A stretch of 64,000 nt of DNA. It comes from Chloroflexota bacterium. Its GTDB lineage: Bacteria > Chloroflexota > Dehalococcoidia > SM23-28-2 > JACOUE01. Numbering within the stretch: position 1 is the stretch's first letter; every line of letters starts with the position of its first letter. Position numbers and translations under genes: made by a program. The stretch lies in NCBI GenBank assembly GCA_016178045.1, contig JACOUE010000041.1, positions 5,627 to 69,626 on the forward strand, read 5' to 3'. The notes beneath the pieces were generated by a model. That model did not search any database, was not told the origin of the DNA, and saw nothing but the letters and a program-made list of their open reading frames with translations. Below are positions 9,594 through 19,304 of this stretch, piece after piece.

Positions 9594-9609
9594 GGGGCCG
9601 GGAGCCCTC
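9593..9609 (+). promoter_or_regulatory. Putative SECIS element 2
   Basis: GGGGGC-CGGGA-GCCCTC stem after an 11-nt spacer from UGA 9579-9581; loop also begins CGGG. Confidence 0.65.
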
Positions 9610-9642
9610 CGCAAACCGATAGATCGGGCGACGTCGGCGGCA

Positions 9643-11149
9643 ATGCTCCGGATCTTCAACACCCTCACGCGCTGTAAGGAGCAGTTCGAGCCCCTGGAGG
9701 CGGGGCACGTCGGCATGTACACCTGCGGGCCGACGGTGTACCGCTTCGCCCACATCGGTAACCTGCGGTCGTACCTGCTCGCGGACTGGCTGCGGCGGAC
9801 CCTCGAGGGGCAGGGCTACCGGGTGACCCACGTCAAGAACATCACCGATGTGGGCCACATGCGCCAGGACATGCTGGACCGGGGCGAGGACAAGGTCATC
9901 GCCGCCGCCCGGGCCGAGGGCAAGACGCCGCAGGAGATCGCCCAGTTCTACACCGACGCCTTCATGCAGGACGAGGCCAGGCTCCAGGTGCTCCCTGCCC
10001 ATATCTTCCCCCGCGCCACCGATAACGTCTCCGAGATGGTAGACCTGACGCGGACCCTCTTCGAAAAGGGGTTCGCCTACGAGCGACGGGGCAACGTCTA
10101 CTTCGAGGTCGAGCGCTTTCCGGAGTACGGCAAGCTCTCCGGCCAGGTGGGGGAGGGCCTCGCCGAGGGGATGCGGGCCGCAGCCGACCCCCTGAAGAAG
10201 AGCCAGCGCGACTTCGCCCTCTGGAAGGCCGCCGAGCCGGGGCGGCTGCTGAAGTGGCCGTCCCCTTGGGGCGACGGCTTTCCCGGCTGGCACATCGAGT
10301 GCTCAGCCATGTCTCGCAAGTACCTGGGACAGCAGATCGACATCCACACCGGCGGCGTCGACAACGTCTTCCCCCACCACGAGGACGAGATCGCTCAGAG
10401 CGAGGCCGCCTTCGGCAAGCCGTTCGTGGGCTACTGGGTGCACGGCCAGCACCTCCTGGTGGACGGCCTGAAGATGGCCAAGTCCACCGGCAACACCTAC
10501 ACCCTGGAGGACCTGGAGCGACGCGGTTTCGAGCCGCTGGCCTTCCGCTACCTCTGTGCCACCGTCCACTACCGCTCGCGCATGAACTTCACCTTCCGCT
10601 CGCTGGCGGCCGCCCAGCGGGGGCTCCTCCGCCTCCGCGGGCACGCCCAGGCGGCGGACGGCAGCGTGGCGAAGCGGGCGTCGCGCGAAGCGGATCGCTG
10701 GCGCAAGGGCTTCCAGGCCGCCCTGAACGACGACCTGAACCTCCCCCGCGCCCTGGCCGCCGCCTGGCAGGTGGCCCGCGACAGCCTGCCCGCTCCCCTC
10801 AAGCGCGAGCTCCTCCTGGAGTTCGACCGGGTGCTGGGGCTCGACCTCGACCGCAGGCCGGAACTGCCGTCTCTCCCTGCGGAGGTGGAGCGCCTGGCCG
10901 CCGAGCGCACCAGGCTCCGGCGCGGCGGCGACTACGCCCGCGCGGACGAGCTACGCGCCCGCGTCATCGCCGCTGGCTTCGAGGTGCGGGATGGCCGGGA
11001 CGCCGCGCTGATCCTGCCCGCGCCCGCCTGGGCCCGGCCCTCGGCCGTCATCTCGTCGAGTCAAGACGTACCGTCGCGGTTGGAGGAGCCGGCGGCGCTG
11101 GAGTGGACGGTTGTCCTCGTCGCCCGCGAGGACCGCGCGGAGGCGGAAC
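9643..11149 (+). CDS. cysS: Cysteine--tRNA ligase followed by a linker into a glycosyltransferase domain (frame breaks near 11149; the uncorrected frame reads on to 11757)
   Basis: MLRIFNTL, CGPTVY..AHIGN, DFALWK, GWHIECS, HHEDE, KMAKS, ADELR anticodon-binding region. Confidence 0.9.
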
Positions 11150-11686
11150 AAGCGGGTCCGGGTCTTCCACGCCGACCACAACCTGGGCGCGGCCGCCGCT
11201 CGCAACGTGGGGCTGCGCCAGGCCCGCGGCCAGATGCTGGTACTGTTGGACAGCAGCGTCGAGGTAACGGGCGACGCGTTCTCGAGCCTAGGAGGGCTAC
11301 TGTCGGAAGGCCGCGTGGGCGTTGCCGGCCGCTGGGGCCTGGTGACGTCCGACCTGCGCAGCTTCGACGAGACGGAGCAGCCGGGCGAGGTGGATGCCAT
11401 CGAGGGCTACATCATCGCCCTGCGGCGGGAGCTGGTGAGGGAAGTCGGTCTCCTGGACGAGAAGTACCGCTTCTACCGCCACCTCGACCTCGACCTGAGC
11501 TTCGCCGTGCGCAGCCGCGGCTACCGGCTCGTCATCGATACGGACCTGCCCCTTGCCCGCCACCAGCACGGGGAGTGGGAGCGAACCCCGCCGGAGGAGC
11601 GCGACCGCCTGAGCAAGCGGAACTTCTACCGCTTCCTGCGCAAGTGGGGCGACCGCACCGACCTCCTGCTGGCCGGGGCGCGGTAG
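11111..11686 (+). pseudogene. GT2 glycosyltransferase C-terminal part, out of frame with cysS
   Basis: NLGAAAARNVGL, LLDSS, GLLDEKY, DLDLSF motifs; first strand WTVVLVA lies in the cysS frame and the intervening segment seems missing. Confidence 0.75.
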
Positions 11687-11687
11687 G

Positions 11688-13133
11688 TTACCCCAGCGCC
11701 CCCAGATCCACGGCCATCTGCCAGATCTCGTCGGGGGTGAAGAAGGTAGTACGGTAGTTCGCCCAGCGGTCGGCGGCGGCGTCGTACTCGCCGTCGTAGG
11801 CGACCTGGACGCGGTCGTATATCTCCTTGACCACGCGGCTGACGCTGGAGAAGCGAACCGTGAGGTCGCGCCGCTCCGCCTCCCGGTTCAGGATCGAGAC
11901 GATCCCCTCCGCGCCGGACAAAGCGCCGATGACGCTGCGTTCGGCTTCTTCCTGCCCCACGATGGACGGGTCGTAGGGGAGGTAGATGAGGCCGCCGGGG
12001 GCCTGCTCCTGCTTCACCACGCCGGCCTGGTGGATCCCTGCCTGCGTGGTGAACACGTCGCCAACGATGGGCGCGTTGTGGGGGACGGGGGCCAGGAACT
12101 CCTCAAAGAGACGGCCCATCTCCCCCAGGCAGGTCAGCTCGAGGCCGGGGTCGCCGTAGAGACGGATGTAGCCGGCGAGCACCTGCTCCAGCGAGGTGTT
12201 GCCGGTGCGCTCGCCGATGCCGGCAAAGGTGACGTTGACCTTCTTGCAGCCGTACTGCCAGGCGGCTAGGGCGTTGGCGGTGGCCAGGCCGAAGTCGTTG
12301 TGGCCGTGAAACTCCAGCTCCGCGCCCGTCTCCTGCTTGAGGGTCGATACCAGGCGGGGGACGCCGTAGGGAAGGGCGGCGAAAGGATCGGGCACGCCCC
12401 AGCCGATGGTGTCGCAGATGCGGAACTTGGCCATGCCCTCGGTCGCCTCGAGCACCTCCTGCATGAAGGGGATCACCCACCCCTCGACGTCGGCGCGGGT
12501 GGTGTCCTCCAGGTGGACGCGGGGGGTGATGCCGTACTCGCAGGCGGTGAGGATGGGCCGGAGGTACTTGTCGACGGCGTCCTCTTTGCTGTGGAAGCCC
12601 AGCTTGTCGAAGATGTGGTGGTCGGACGACGAGGCGAGCATCCCCGTCTCCTTGACGCGGCCTTGGCTGGCGTCGTGCAGGTCCTTCACGTCCTTGGGAT
12701 TGGCGCGGATCCAGGTGGTGATCTTGGGGAACTCGTGCTCGCGGTCCAGGAGCTTGTCGAGCACCCACAGGTCGCGCTTCTGGTAGATGAACGTCTCGAT
12801 CGAGTACATGACGCCGGTGCCCGCGTCCAGGTCGTGGAGGAGGTCGACGTAGCGGAGGCGGGCCTCGCTGGGGAAGAGGGGGAAGCGGGAGTCCTGGGCG
12901 CCGTCGCGGAGCGTGGTGTCGGTGATGAGCTTGGGGAGGTCCTCCGGGCCCTCCAAGGGTAGCTCGGCGGGCTCCAGTTCCAGCTCGATGTGAGGGAACT
13001 GGCCCTGGAAGTTATGGTAGACGCGCGCCGGGTTTACGGCGGCCCTGGGGATAGTCGGCGGTTCCATGACGGTGAACTCGACGTAAGGCGTGTTAATTGT
13101 AGCAAAGCGTATCGGATTTGTTATAGCTGCCAT
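11688..13133 (-). CDS. DRE-TIM metallolyase, Re-citrate synthase-like (LeuA/homocitrate synthase family)
   Basis: ITDTTLRDGAQ, TWIRA, KETGML..SDHHIF, PRVHLEDTTRAD, HGHNDFG, GIGERTGN. Confidence 0.8.
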   Translation of the reverse strand: MAAITNPIRFATINTPYVEFTVMEPPTIPRAAVNPARVYHNFQGQFPHIELELEPAELPLEGPEDLPKLITDTTLRDGAQDSRFPLFPSEARLRYVDLLHDLDAGTGVMYSIETFIYQKRDLWVLDKLLDREHEFPKITTWIRANPKDVKDLHDASQGRVKETGMLASSSDHHIFDKLGFHSKEDAVDKYLRPILTACEYGITPRVHLEDTTRADVEGWVIPFMQEVLEATEGMAKFRICDTIGWGVPDPFAALPYGVPRLVSTLKQETGAELEFHGHNDFGLATANALAAWQYGCKKVNVTFAGIGERTGNTSLEQVLAGYIRLYGDPGLELTCLGEMGRLFEEFLAPVPHNAPIVGDVFTTQAGIHQAGVVKQEQAPGGLIYLPYDPSIVGQEEAERSVIGALSGAEGIVSILNREAERRDLTVRFSSVSRVVKEIYDRVQVAYDGEYDAAADRWANYRTTFFTPDEIWQMAVDLGALG

Positions 13134-13301
13134 AATCGGCGGGGCGAGATTTTTTCGGCTGAGGGCGCGACGGGCTTGCTGGCTATGTGGCTGCTGCGCC
13201 TGGGCTTCCGGGACGTCTGCTACCTGCGCGAGTGGCCAGCCGAGGATTCGCCCGTCGAAGTGCCGCCCCGCCGTCTGGAGACGGCGGGAGCGGGGAGGCT
13301 G

Positions 13302-13817
13302 CTAGTCGTCCACCACGCCGGAGCCGGTCCAGCGGCGGAGCCGCTCGCTGGGCGCCTCGCCCGGACGCCATTCCTTCACGAGCTGGTCCCCGTTCTGCTG
13401 GTACTGGATGAAGGTGGCGCGCTCTATCTCAACCGCGAACAGATGGAACGGGCCATCCGGTCGCCAGTTGATCTTCTCCAGGAGGGCCTGACAGTAGCGC
13501 TTAACCACCTCCGGGTCTTGCACCTCCCGCGCCTGCCCGCGAAGCTTGAACTCGCCGGCCGGGTCGTTCTTGTCCACCACCATGCTGTGGACCAGACAGC
13601 GCGGGTCCCGGAGCAGGTCGAGGGCCTTGCGAGATTGCCACATCATGCCCAGGAAGAGCCGTCCGTCGAAGAAGAGGTGCTCAACCGGGCTAATGCGAGG
13701 TGTGCCGTCGCGTCGGATGCTGCCGACGAGGATGGCCCCGGTGCGCTCGAAGCGCTCGTGGCCCATCTGGGCGAGCTCGGGGGCGGCCCGGGCGAACTCC
13801 CCCCAGTGAACGCCCAC
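13302..13817 (-). CDS. Pyridoxamine 5'-phosphate oxidase-family (split barrel) protein
   Basis: GTG 13817; GSIRRDGTPRISPVE, SRKALDLLRDPR. Confidence 0.85.
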   Translation of the reverse strand: MGVHWGEFARAAPELAQMGHERFERTGAILVGSIRRDGTPRISPVEHLFFDGRLFLGMMWQSRKALDLLRDPRCLVHSMVVDKNDPAGEFKLRGQAREVQDPEVVKRYCQALLEKINWRPDGPFHLFAVEIERATFIQYQQNGDQLVKEWRPGEAPSERLRRWTGSGVVDD

Positions 13818-13818
13818 G

Positions 13819-15561
13819 CTAGTCCTCCAGGGTGCTGGTGTCGCCTTCGGGCAGGCCCAGCTCGCGGGCCTTGAGGAGGCGGCGCATGATCTTGCCGCTC
13901 CGCGTCTTCGGCAGCGAGGGCAGGAAGTCGATCTCCCGCGGCGCCACCGCCGGGCCCAGCTTGGCACGGGCGAACTGGATCAGCTCCCGCCGCAGCTTGG
14001 CGTCGGCCTCGTAGCCGTCCTTGAGGGAGACGAACGCCTTCACTACCTCCATCGCCACCGGGTCCGGCTTGCCGATGACGCCGGCCTCCGCCACCGCCGG
14101 GTGCTCGATGAGGACGCTTTCCACCTCGAACGGCCCCACCAGGTGGCCGGCGGTGTTGATGACGTCGTCCGCCCGGCCCACGAACCAGAAGTAGCCGTCG
14201 GCGTCCACGCGGGCGCGGTCGCCGGTGACGTACCAGCCGTTCTTGAAGCGCGACTCGTAGAGCGGCCGGTTGTTCCAGTAGGTGCGGAACATGGAGGGCC
14301 AGCCGGGGCGGATGGCCAGGTCGCCCTCCTCGCCGGTGGGCATCTCGTTGCCGTTCTCGTCGATGATGGCCGCCTCGATTCCGGGCAGGGTGCGACCCAT
14401 GCTGCCGGGGCGGATGTCGACGGACGGGTAGTTGGCGATGAGGATGCAGCCGGTCTCCGTCTGCCACCAGTTATCGTGCATGGGGAGGCCGAAGGCGCGC
14501 AGTCCCCACATGACGGCCTCCGGGTTCAGCGGCTCGCCAACGCTGCAGATGTAGCGCAGGCTCGAGAGGTCGTACTTCTTCGCCGTCTCTTCGCCCGCTT
14601 TCATCAGCATGCGGACGGCGGTGGGAGCGGTGTACCAGACGGTGACGCGATACTTCTGGATGACCGAGTACCACGAGCTGGCGGAGAACGCGCCTTCGTA
14701 GACGACGCTGGTGGCGCCGTTGCTCCACGGCCCGAACATGCCGTAGGAGGTGCCCGTGACCCAGCCCGGGTCGGCCGTGCACCAGTACACGTCTTCGTCG
14801 TGGAGGTCGAGGACGTACTTGGCGGTGGCGTAGTGGCCCAGGATCGCCTCGTGCACGTGCGCCGCCCCCTTGGGCTTGCCGGTGGTGCCGGAGGTGTAGT
14901 GCATGACGGAGTAGTGCTCGGGGCCGGTGCGCTCCATCTTCAGGTGGTCGGGCTGGTGCTCGACCAGGGCCTGCCACAGGTGCATGTGCGGCTGCGTCTC
15001 GTGCTGCTGGCGCCGGCAGACCAGGACGACGTCTTTCAGGTCGGGCAGGTCCTGCCAGATGAAGTGGATGCGGGCCCAGAGGTCGGGCTGGGTCACGAGC
15101 ACCTTGGCCCCGCTGTCGGCCAGGCGCTCGCGGACGGCCTCGGGGCCGAAGGCGGAGAAGAGGGGGCCGGCGACGGCGCCCAGCTTCAGCGCGCCGAAGA
15201 CGGTGAAGTACAGCTCGGGGACGCGGTCGAGGAAGACGAAGACTCGGTCGCCCTTTTCGACACCCAGGGAGCGTAGGGCGTTGGCGGCCTTATTCGACCA
15301 GTGGGCCATTTCGGCGAAGGTGTAGCTCTCGCTGCTGCCGTCCTTGCCCTCCCACAGCAGTGCCGCTTTGTCGCGCCGGGGGGTGCCCAGGTGCCGGTCG
15401 ATGCACTCGTGGGCGATGTTGAGGCCGTCGCCGGGGAGACCGGAGAGCTCTTTGCGGACGTCGTCCCAGGTGAAGGTTCGGCGGAAGGAGTTGTAGTCGG
15501 TGAGGTTAGGCCTGACCGCTATTTCCTCGGTGGGCGGCTTGACGATGGTGGGATAATCCAT
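13819..15561 (-). CDS. acsA: Acetate--CoA ligase
   Basis: YTSGTTGKPKG, ADPGWVTG, DNWWQTETG, LPKTRSGKIMRR, GDTSTLED. Confidence 0.95.
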   Translation of the reverse strand: MDYPTIVKPPTEEIAVRPNLTDYNSFRRTFTWDDVRKELSGLPGDGLNIAHECIDRHLGTPRRDKAALLWEGKDGSSESYTFAEMAHWSNKAANALRSLGVEKGDRVFVFLDRVPELYFTVFGALKLGAVAGPLFSAFGPEAVRERLADSGAKVLVTQPDLWARIHFIWQDLPDLKDVVLVCRRQQHETQPHMHLWQALVEHQPDHLKMERTGPEHYSVMHYTSGTTGKPKGAAHVHEAILGHYATAKYVLDLHDEDVYWCTADPGWVTGTSYGMFGPWSNGATSVVYEGAFSASSWYSVIQKYRVTVWYTAPTAVRMLMKAGEETAKKYDLSSLRYICSVGEPLNPEAVMWGLRAFGLPMHDNWWQTETGCILIANYPSVDIRPGSMGRTLPGIEAAIIDENGNEMPTGEEGDLAIRPGWPSMFRTYWNNRPLYESRFKNGWYVTGDRARVDADGYFWFVGRADDVINTAGHLVGPFEVESVLIEHPAVAEAGVIGKPDPVAMEVVKAFVSLKDGYEADAKLRRELIQFARAKLGPAVAPREIDFLPSLPKTRSGKIMRRLLKARELGLPEGDTSTLED

Positions 15562-15733
15562 GGGGCCTCCCTCGTGCGGCGGGGTCGCAGGGGACGAAGG
15601 GACGCATTCAATCTAGCGCAGGGGCCGAAGGGCGTCAACGCCGCCTTCGGTTGCGCCCCCGCGAGCGGCCAAACTATGATTGGGGTGCGGCCGTATAACC
15701 AGTGACAGCCGGTAGCCGGGAAGGGAAACGCCT

Positions 15734-16552
15734 TTGGAGATAGGCGGGGTCAGCATATTCGTCGCCTTCGCTGCGGGACTGCTGTCGTGTGCTTCGCCCT
15801 GCGTGCTACCGCTGGTCCCAGCGTACCTGGGCTACCTCAGCGGCGCCTCGCTTGAGGGGGCCGAGCCTCGCGCAACAGTGCAGCAGACCGGCGCGGCCGG
15901 CGGCAGCTCGGGCTCGGGCTCCGTCGCCGCTTTGGCCATGCCCCGTGCCGGGGCCGTTAGCGGGCCGTCGCCGTTCCTCCATGCCCTCAGCTTCGTCGGC
16001 GGTTTCTCGCTGGTGTTCGTGCTCTTCGGCGTCTCCCTGGGCGTCGTCGGCTTCTTCCTGCGCGACCGCCAGGACATCATCCTGAAGGTGGCGGGCGGCC
16101 TGCTGATCGTGCTCGGCCTGCACCTGGCCCGGGTCATCACCATCCCCTTCCTGGACCAGCAACGGCGCCTCGAGGTAGACGGGGGGAGGAAGGTGGGCTA
16201 CGCCCGCTCCTTCCTGGTCGGGTCGGCGTTCTCAGCCGGCTGGAGCCCCTGCATCGGCCCGACGCTCGGGGCGATCCTGGCGCTGGCCGTCTCCAGCGGC
16301 ACGGTAGCCGAGGCGGGCGTCCTGCTGCTGGTCTACTCGGCGGGGCTGGCGATACCGTTCCTGGCGATGGGGCTCGCCTTCAACAGCGTGAAGCCCCTGT
16401 ACCTGCGGGCCAAGCGCTACATGGGCGTCGTCAATTACGTCAGCGGGGCGCTCCTGATCGTCGTCGGCATCCTCATCTTCACCGACAGCCTAGTCAACTT
16501 CAACGAACTGTTCAACTTCGGCTTCCTGAGGGACATCGCCACGGAGGCGTAG
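15734..16552 (+). CDS. ccdA: Cytochrome c biogenesis / thiol-disulfide transporter CcdA
   Basis: SPCVLPLVP and WSPCIGP motifs, multiple TM helices. Confidence 0.9.
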   Translation: MEIGGVSIFVAFAAGLLSCASPCVLPLVPAYLGYLSGASLEGAEPRATVQQTGAAGGSSGSGSVAALAMPRAGAVSGPSPFLHALSFVGGFSLVFVLFGVSLGVVGFFLRDRQDIILKVAGGLLIVLGLHLARVITIPFLDQQRRLEVDGGRKVGYARSFLVGSAFSAGWSPCIGPTLGAILALAVSSGTVAEAGVLLLVYSAGLAIPFLAMGLAFNSVKPLYLRAKRYMGVVNYVSGALLIVVGILIFTDSLVNFNELFNFGFLRDIATEA

Positions 16553-16553
16553 G

Positions 16554-17261
16554 GTGGGTGGCCGGCGCCAGCGCGAGGCTTACCGTCGCCCGTTTGGCGG
16601 CCTGGGCCGGCGCCTGCTGGCGCTGTTGGGCCTGGCCGCCATCGTCGGCGTCGTTATCGCGATCCTGTTCGCCGCAGGGCTGATCGGGCGGCCCGGCGAC
16701 GTCCCCGCCGCCGCCGTCCTCGAGCCGCCGCGGCCGGCCGGCGTCCAAGACTTCGAGGTCGGCACCAGCGTGGGCAAGTTCGCCCCCGACTTCGAGGCCA
16801 CGCGCCTCGACACCCGCCAGCGGGTGCGGCTGAGCGACTTCCGCGGCCAGCCCGTGTACCTGAACTTCTGGGCCAGTTCGTGCCTCTACTGTATCGCCGA
16901 GATGCCGGACATCGCCCAGCTGATGAAGAACCACCCGGAGCTGGTGGTCATCGGCATCAACCGGGGCCAGGGATACGGGAGGGCCCAGAGCTACCTCGAC
17001 AGCATTAAGCTCCATGACGGAACGAAGGGGATGCGCTTCAGCGTCGCCGCCATGGACCCGACGGACGTCCTGTACGACGAGTTCCGAGGACTGGGGATGC
17101 CGGTCAGCATCTTCATCGACGCCAAAGGCCGCATCGTCCGCGTCTGGAACAGCCTCCTCCGCCTGGCCCAGATGGAGGAGTTCTACGCCGAGACAGTCGC
17201 CTCTGCGCCGCTGAGTGACCGCGGGACGGCGGAGAGGCCGGCGGCGCCGCCCGGCCCGTAG
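16554..17261 (+). CDS. Membrane-anchored TlpA/ResA disulfide reductase
   Basis: N-terminal TM; APDF, LNFWASSCLYC, GMP. Confidence 0.88.
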   Translation: MGGRRQREAYRRPFGGLGRRLLALLGLAAIVGVVIAILFAAGLIGRPGDVPAAAVLEPPRPAGVQDFEVGTSVGKFAPDFEATRLDTRQRVRLSDFRGQPVYLNFWASSCLYCIAEMPDIAQLMKNHPELVVIGINRGQGYGRAQSYLDSIKLHDGTKGMRFSVAAMDPTDVLYDEFRGLGMPVSIFIDAKGRIVRVWNSLLRLAQMEEFYAETVASAPLSDRGTAERPAAPPGP

Positions 17262-17357
17262 CCCTCGCTTTCCCTTCCCGCAGCAGGCCTCTTCCCCCAG
17301 GTTCGATATGATATACTGTGGCCGCATAACCTTTACGGAATCGTTAAGGAGGCCGCC

Positions 17358-18596
17358 ATGCGAGACGTCGCCGTGATCGGCGCTGGCATGACCAAGTTCG
17401 GCAAGTTCCTGGACCGCAGCCTCAAGGACCTGACGCGGGAGGCCGTGCAGGAAGCCCTCGATTCCGCCGGCACCGAGAAGGCCAAGCTCCAGGTGGCCGT
17501 GGTGGGCAACGCCACCGCCGGCCTCATCACCGGCCAGGAGATGATCCGGGGGCAGGTGGTCCTGCGCGATATCGGCATCGGCGGTCTCCCCGTCATCAAC
17601 ACCGAGAACGCCTGCGCCAGCTCCTCCACCGCCTTCCACCTGGCCTGGATGTACGTCGCCTCCGGCATGTACGACGTCGCCCTGGCCGTCGGCATGGAGA
17701 AGCTGTACCACGAGGACAAGCGGCGCTCCTTCCAGGCCATCGGCGCCGCGGTGGACGTGGAATGGGTGGAGCAGATGGCTGCCGCTGCCAAAGCGGCCCG
17801 CGAGGCCCAGGGCGACGGCGAGCGCCAGCCCACCTTCGAGGAGGGCGCGGGCGAGAAGCGTAGCATGTTCATGGACTTCTACGCGGCCTTCGCCCGCCAG
17901 CACATGCAGCGCTATGGGACGACGAAGGAGCAGTTCGGCCGCGTGGCGGTGAAGAACCACTACCACGGCTCGCTCAACCCCCACGCCCAGTACCGCGAGG
18001 TGTACACTCTGGAGGATATCCTCAACTCGCCCGTGGTGGCCGAGCCTCTCACCCGTCTCATGTGCTCCCCTATCGGCGACGGCGCCGCCGCCGCCGTCCT
18101 CGTCCCCGCCGATCAGGCCCGCCAGTACTCCTCGAAGCCGGTCTTCGTCCGCGCCTCCGTGCTCGTCTCCGGCGCCGACCGCGCCCCGGACGAACCCGGC
18201 ACCACCGAGCGCGCCGTCGGCCAGGCCTACGACATGGCCGGCCTGGGGCCGGAGGACCTGAACGTCATCGAGCTCCACGACGCCTCGGCGCCGGCCGAGC
18301 TCGTGATCTACGAGGAGTTGGGCCTCTGCCCGCCCGGCGAGGGCGGAAAGCTCATCGATAGCGGCTTCACGAAGCTGGGCGGCCCCCTCCCCGTCAACAC
18401 CAGCGGCGGCCTCATTTCCAAGGGGCACCCCATCGGCGCTACCGGCGTCGCCCAGATCTACGAGATCTACAAGCAGCTCCGCGGCGAGGCCGGCGACCGC
18501 CAGGTGGAGGGCGCCAGGGTGGGCCTTACCGAGAACGGCGGCGGCATGGTCAAGGGCGATGCGGCCGCCCTCTCCGTCCACATCTTTTCGCTGTAG
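17358..18596 (+). CDS. Thiolase, SCP-x/nonspecific lipid-transfer type
   Basis: ENACASS, ELHDA, GHPIGATG. Confidence 0.9.
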   Translation: MRDVAVIGAGMTKFGKFLDRSLKDLTREAVQEALDSAGTEKAKLQVAVVGNATAGLITGQEMIRGQVVLRDIGIGGLPVINTENACASSSTAFHLAWMYVASGMYDVALAVGMEKLYHEDKRRSFQAIGAAVDVEWVEQMAAAAKAAREAQGDGERQPTFEEGAGEKRSMFMDFYAAFARQHMQRYGTTKEQFGRVAVKNHYHGSLNPHAQYREVYTLEDILNSPVVAEPLTRLMCSPIGDGAAAAVLVPADQARQYSSKPVFVRASVLVSGADRAPDEPGTTERAVGQAYDMAGLGPEDLNVIELHDASAPAELVIYEELGLCPPGEGGKLIDSGFTKLGGPLPVNTSGGLISKGHPIGATGVAQIYEIYKQLRGEAGDRQVEGARVGLTENGGGMVKGDAAALSVHIFSL

Positions 18597-18615
18597 GGAG
18601 TATCGGGCGGACAGC

Positions 18616-19197
18616 ATGGACGTACTCGAGTTGCTTCGGTACCAGGTGAAGGGAACTTATGCCTGGCTGGAGATGACGCTCAGCGATGTGACGGAGGAAC
18701 AGGCGAATTGGAAGCCCCCCGGTGTCGCCAATTCGATCGGCGCGGTATACGCGCATCTGATGATTACCGCCGACTTCGACCTGAACAGCCGAATGTACGG
18801 AACTATTCCGGTCGTCGCCAGTGAATTCAAGGGCAACGTTGGACTCAGCGAAATGCACCTCGGCGGCTTCGACTGGCACGATTGGGCGGCACGACTACGC
18901 GTCGATTGGGAAGGGCTCCGCCGGTACGGCCAGGCGGTACGCAGGTGCCTCGAGGGCCGCGTCGACTCCCTGACGATGGACGAACTCGAATGGCCAGTGG
19001 ACATGTCGGCCCACGGTCTGGGCACCTGGAAGGGGCTCGACATCTACACCCTTCATGGAATAGACCACCCGAGGCTGCACGGCGGCGAGATCGCTTGCCT
19101 CAAGGGCCTGCAGGGCGTCATTGGCTGGCCGCAACAGTGGAGCGGGGATCGAACGCCCAACCTAGCCGCAGCAACGCATTCGAAGGAAGAGGCTTAG
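18616..19197 (+). CDS. DinB-superfamily protein
   Basis: NSIGAVYAH, H...HGGEI pattern. Confidence 0.75.
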   Translation: MDVLELLRYQVKGTYAWLEMTLSDVTEEQANWKPPGVANSIGAVYAHLMITADFDLNSRMYGTIPVVASEFKGNVGLSEMHLGGFDWHDWAARLRVDWEGLRRYGQAVRRCLEGRVDSLTMDELEWPVDMSAHGLGTWKGLDIYTLHGIDHPRLHGGEIACLKGLQGVIGWPQQWSGDRTPNLAAATHSKEEA

Positions 19198-19304
19198 CCT
19201 GGCCTTCTGACGTCATCGCCCGGGCGCCCTGACTTGCGTTCAGCTTGCGCCGCGAATTATTGACATCTGCTATAATAAACGCACTGTCCTATCGAGGGGG
19301 GACT

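Noticed and set aside
9355-9642. 96-aa N-terminal extension of CysRS in the ORF track
   Set aside because: Overlaps the selenoprotein gene in another frame; CysRS homology starts at ATG 9643
11150-11757. C-terminal 200 aa of the 800-aa CysRS ORF as a real domain
   Set aside because: Low-complexity out-of-frame reading of the GT2 sequence
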